Below, piece after piece: positions 63,090-64,000 of a stretch of 64,000 nt of DNA. The notes beneath the pieces were generated by a model. It searched no databases. It was not told the DNA's origin and worked only from the letters and a program-made list of their open reading frames with translations. The translations under genes and the position numbers were made by a program. The stretch's first letter is position 1. Each line of letters opens with the position of its first letter. The stretch is from Gonapodya sp. JEL0774. Taxonomy: Eukaryota. The DNA lies in the NCBI GenBank assembly GCA_027604505.1, contig JADIIX010000098.1, positions 1 through 64,000 on the forward strand, written 5' to 3'.

Positions 63090-63796
63090 ATGCTGGGCAA
63101 CTCTCTCACGGCGTATCCCGCAACAACCTCAGCTTCTGCTTCTGATGGCTCGATTGTTGCTGAAGACCGGCTCCGATATGATTTCACCCCCAGGGATCCC
63201 GCTTCTGGAACAAGGGTATGGGCAGTTCCGGTAATTATTCGAGAGTACAATGACACTGAAAGGGGAGATACGCTAGAGGTGGGAAACAGCTAATACGATC
63301 AGGCAACGCTGAGAATTTCGATAGGGCAGTTGTAAGTGGCGACCGGTTGCTGACGTCATATCCTTGATTGCCACCTACAGTTGCTCGTGCGTGTCCCATT
63401 CGAAAGTTTCTGGAACGGTGAGTCCGCCTTGACAGTAAAGAAGGGAGATTGCAACTTTAATCCCTGAGATTATTCTTTGTGACGGATCATCTAGGGAAGC
63501 ACTCGCAAATCCGTCATCAGGCATTCAAGGACGCTCATGAACTGCTAACTCCACCGAAGCCAATGCATTCTGAAAGTAGCAAGAACGATCTTTTCCCTGC
63601 TCTGTCAGGTGGCGCCCTCATGCCGTTTTTCGGCCCACTTCCGCAATGGGCACCAGAATTTCTTGCAGATCAGACAAAGGATAGCAGTCAAGAGAAACGA
63701 ACGGGTGTTGCGATTGAGTTTTTCAACGTGAGGTACGCTGTGAGGATAGATGGACCCAAGGAGCTCGTGGAAAAAGGTGAGAAATTGGATCATTGA
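63090..63796 (+). CDS. Small hypothetical protein (about 3 exons)
   Basis: Segments at about 63090-63278, 63381-63417 and 63495-63796 join in phase across GT-AG introns; no domain recognised. Confidence 0.4.
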
Positions 63797-64000
63797 CGTT
63801 TTCCAATCTCGTGAAGCGAAAAAAAAACAATTAGCGCCTATTTCAGCGTTTGCACACCTGGTGACGTTCTTGGTGAGATGCCCTTATTGGCGCAATTGAT
63901 TTTGGCGCACTGACAGCAAGGGTTACCTCGCAGAATCCTCCAACCCCCCACCGTCTTAACAAGACACTTAATTCTGGCTACAATAATCAGAGCTCGGAAA

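Overview
Gene-dense, intron-rich eukaryotic DNA with about 20 protein-coding genes. A flagellar gene (IFT172) together with fungal-type genes (trifunctional TrpG-C-F, Fzo1, Crh-like GH16) points to a zoosporic, chytrid-grade fungus (inference). Gene order: RPL17 (5'-partial), FZO1, IFT172, GM130-like golgin, MTG1, AFF/Ebp1-like protein, EXO84, Yra1/ALYREF-like RRM protein, LSG1, homeodomain protein, eIF4G, DRS1, TrpG-C-F, anthranilate synthase component I, a hypothetical gene, CLC transporter, MPDU1, ALADIN, thiolase, GH16 GPI protein and a small hypothetical gene. Highlights: (1) an operon-like trpE to trpG-C-F pair 110 nt apart, with a putative intron in the spacer; (2) an intronic box C/D snoRNA (snR56/U25-type) in DRS1; (3) a long structured intron with a candidate poison exon in the Yra1-like gene; (4) a bacterial-type thiolase with introns and a PTS1 signal; (5) a 6-nt microexon in the CLC gene; (6) a probably catalytically dead GH16; (7) several animal-like features lost in budding yeast. 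Exon boundaries were read by eye and gene spans include introns. Family assignments rest on remembered motifs, not on database searches. No tRNA, rRNA, CRISPR array or autonomous transposon was recognised.
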